A stretch of DNA of 45,571 bases, from positions 1 through 45,571 of IMG/VR virus record IMGVR_UViG_3300047545_000063. One strand, written 5' to 3'. Made by a program: the position numbers and the translations under genes. How positions within the stretch are numbered: position 1 is the stretch's first letter; the number at the start of each line of letters is the position of its first letter. The notes beneath the pieces were generated by a model. It had not been told where the DNA came from, did not search any database, and saw only the letters and a program-made list of their open reading frames with translations. Below are positions 44,997 to 45,571 of this stretch, one piece after another. Source of the DNA: a virus. Taxonomy: Duplodnaviria; Caudoviricetes.

Positions 44997-45571
44997 ATGG
45001 CTCTTATCAGAAGCAAAGACCGTAAAGTTACTAATGCTGTTTCCCCTAACGGCAAGACCCCTACTATTGCTAACACCTTTGGGCTACCTGCTGGCAAGGC
45101 ATTCTCTTGCCCTGGTGCTACCTCGGTTTGCGAGAAGATGTGCTACGCTGGCAAACTTGAGAAGGTTTACAAGGGCGTTAGAAACATCCTAGTTAGCAAC
45201 TATGAGCAACTAATCAATGCAAGTCTCGATGAGATGATTGAGTTGCTTGATGAGATGATTATTGATTTCAAGAAGGATTGCGACAAGCGTAATGCAGAAA
45301 AGCTATTCCGCATTCACTGGGACGGTGATTTCTTCAATGAGACTTACACTATGGCTTGGCGTGTTGTTATCTTCAAACACTCTGATGTTCAGTTCTGGGT
45401 TTACACTCGTTCAGACTTTGCCATTCCTCACCTAGTTGGGCTAGAGAACCTTGGGCTGTATTTCTCTACAGATTCCGCTAATCGTGCTCTTGGTATCAAA
45501 CTAAAGAAGCAGTATGGTATCAAACTGGCTTACCTTGCTAACACTTTTGCAGAAGGTAAGGATGATTTCAA
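44997..45571 (+). CDS. GP88-like protein (atypical radical-SAM-like Cys motif), truncated at the right edge
   Basis: Manual translation gives MALIRSKDRKV...SCPGATSVCEKMCYA...FRIHWDGDFF...FWVYTRS, resembling the mycobacteriophage gp88 family. Confidence 0.75.
   Translation, partial: MALIRSKDRKVTNAVSPNGKTPTIANTFGLPAGKAFSCPGATSVCEKMCYAGKLEKVYKGVRNILVSNYEQLINASLDEMIELLDEMIIDFKKDCDKRNAEKLFRIHWDGDFFNETYTMAWRVVIFKHSDVQFWVYTRSDFAIPHLVGLENLGLYFSTDSANRALGIKLKKQYGIKLAYLANTFAEGKDDF

Noticed and set aside
1-45571. tRNA or rRNA genes
   Set aside because: No cloverleaf with a T-loop consensus was seen in the intergenic gaps by eye; tRNAscan-SE would confirm.

Overview
The window is a 45.6-kb segment of a large siphovirus-like tailed phage genome. 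The host is probably an actinobacterium, inferred from TANNNT leaderless promoters, a GP88-like gene and a PASTA-like domain. Positions 1-39.6 kb are mostly a minus-strand virion module. In transcription order it runs: baseplate/fibre genes, a large LamG-like tail protein, portal, prohead protease-scaffold, major capsid, head-tail connectors, major tail, two tail chaperones, and a >2770-aa tape measure protein that is missing from the supplied ORF track because it runs off the left edge. From 41.0 kb to the right edge is a plus-strand array of very small genes, most with their own conserved promoter. Main observations: (1) A twice-repeated architecture of tail fibre ending in a ...GDLxA domain, then a Pro/aromatic-repeat Cys-capped protein, then prolyl-4-hydroxylase-like 2OG-Fe(II) oxygenases (8 in the window) with DUF6065-like and Cys-rich partners. 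This is a candidate phage-encoded system for modifying its own fibre-tip proteins. (2) A HipA/PI3-4-kinase-like domain inside the tape measure protein, between two copies of a repeated VPAMLxPGE motif. (3) Tail chaperones G and G-T encoded as duplicated genes rather than by a frameshift. (4) A candidate ~55-nt sRNA, MtrA/GlnR-type boxes, widespread leaderless promoters and a promoter/hairpin cassette array. All family names come from my motif recognition, not from database searches.
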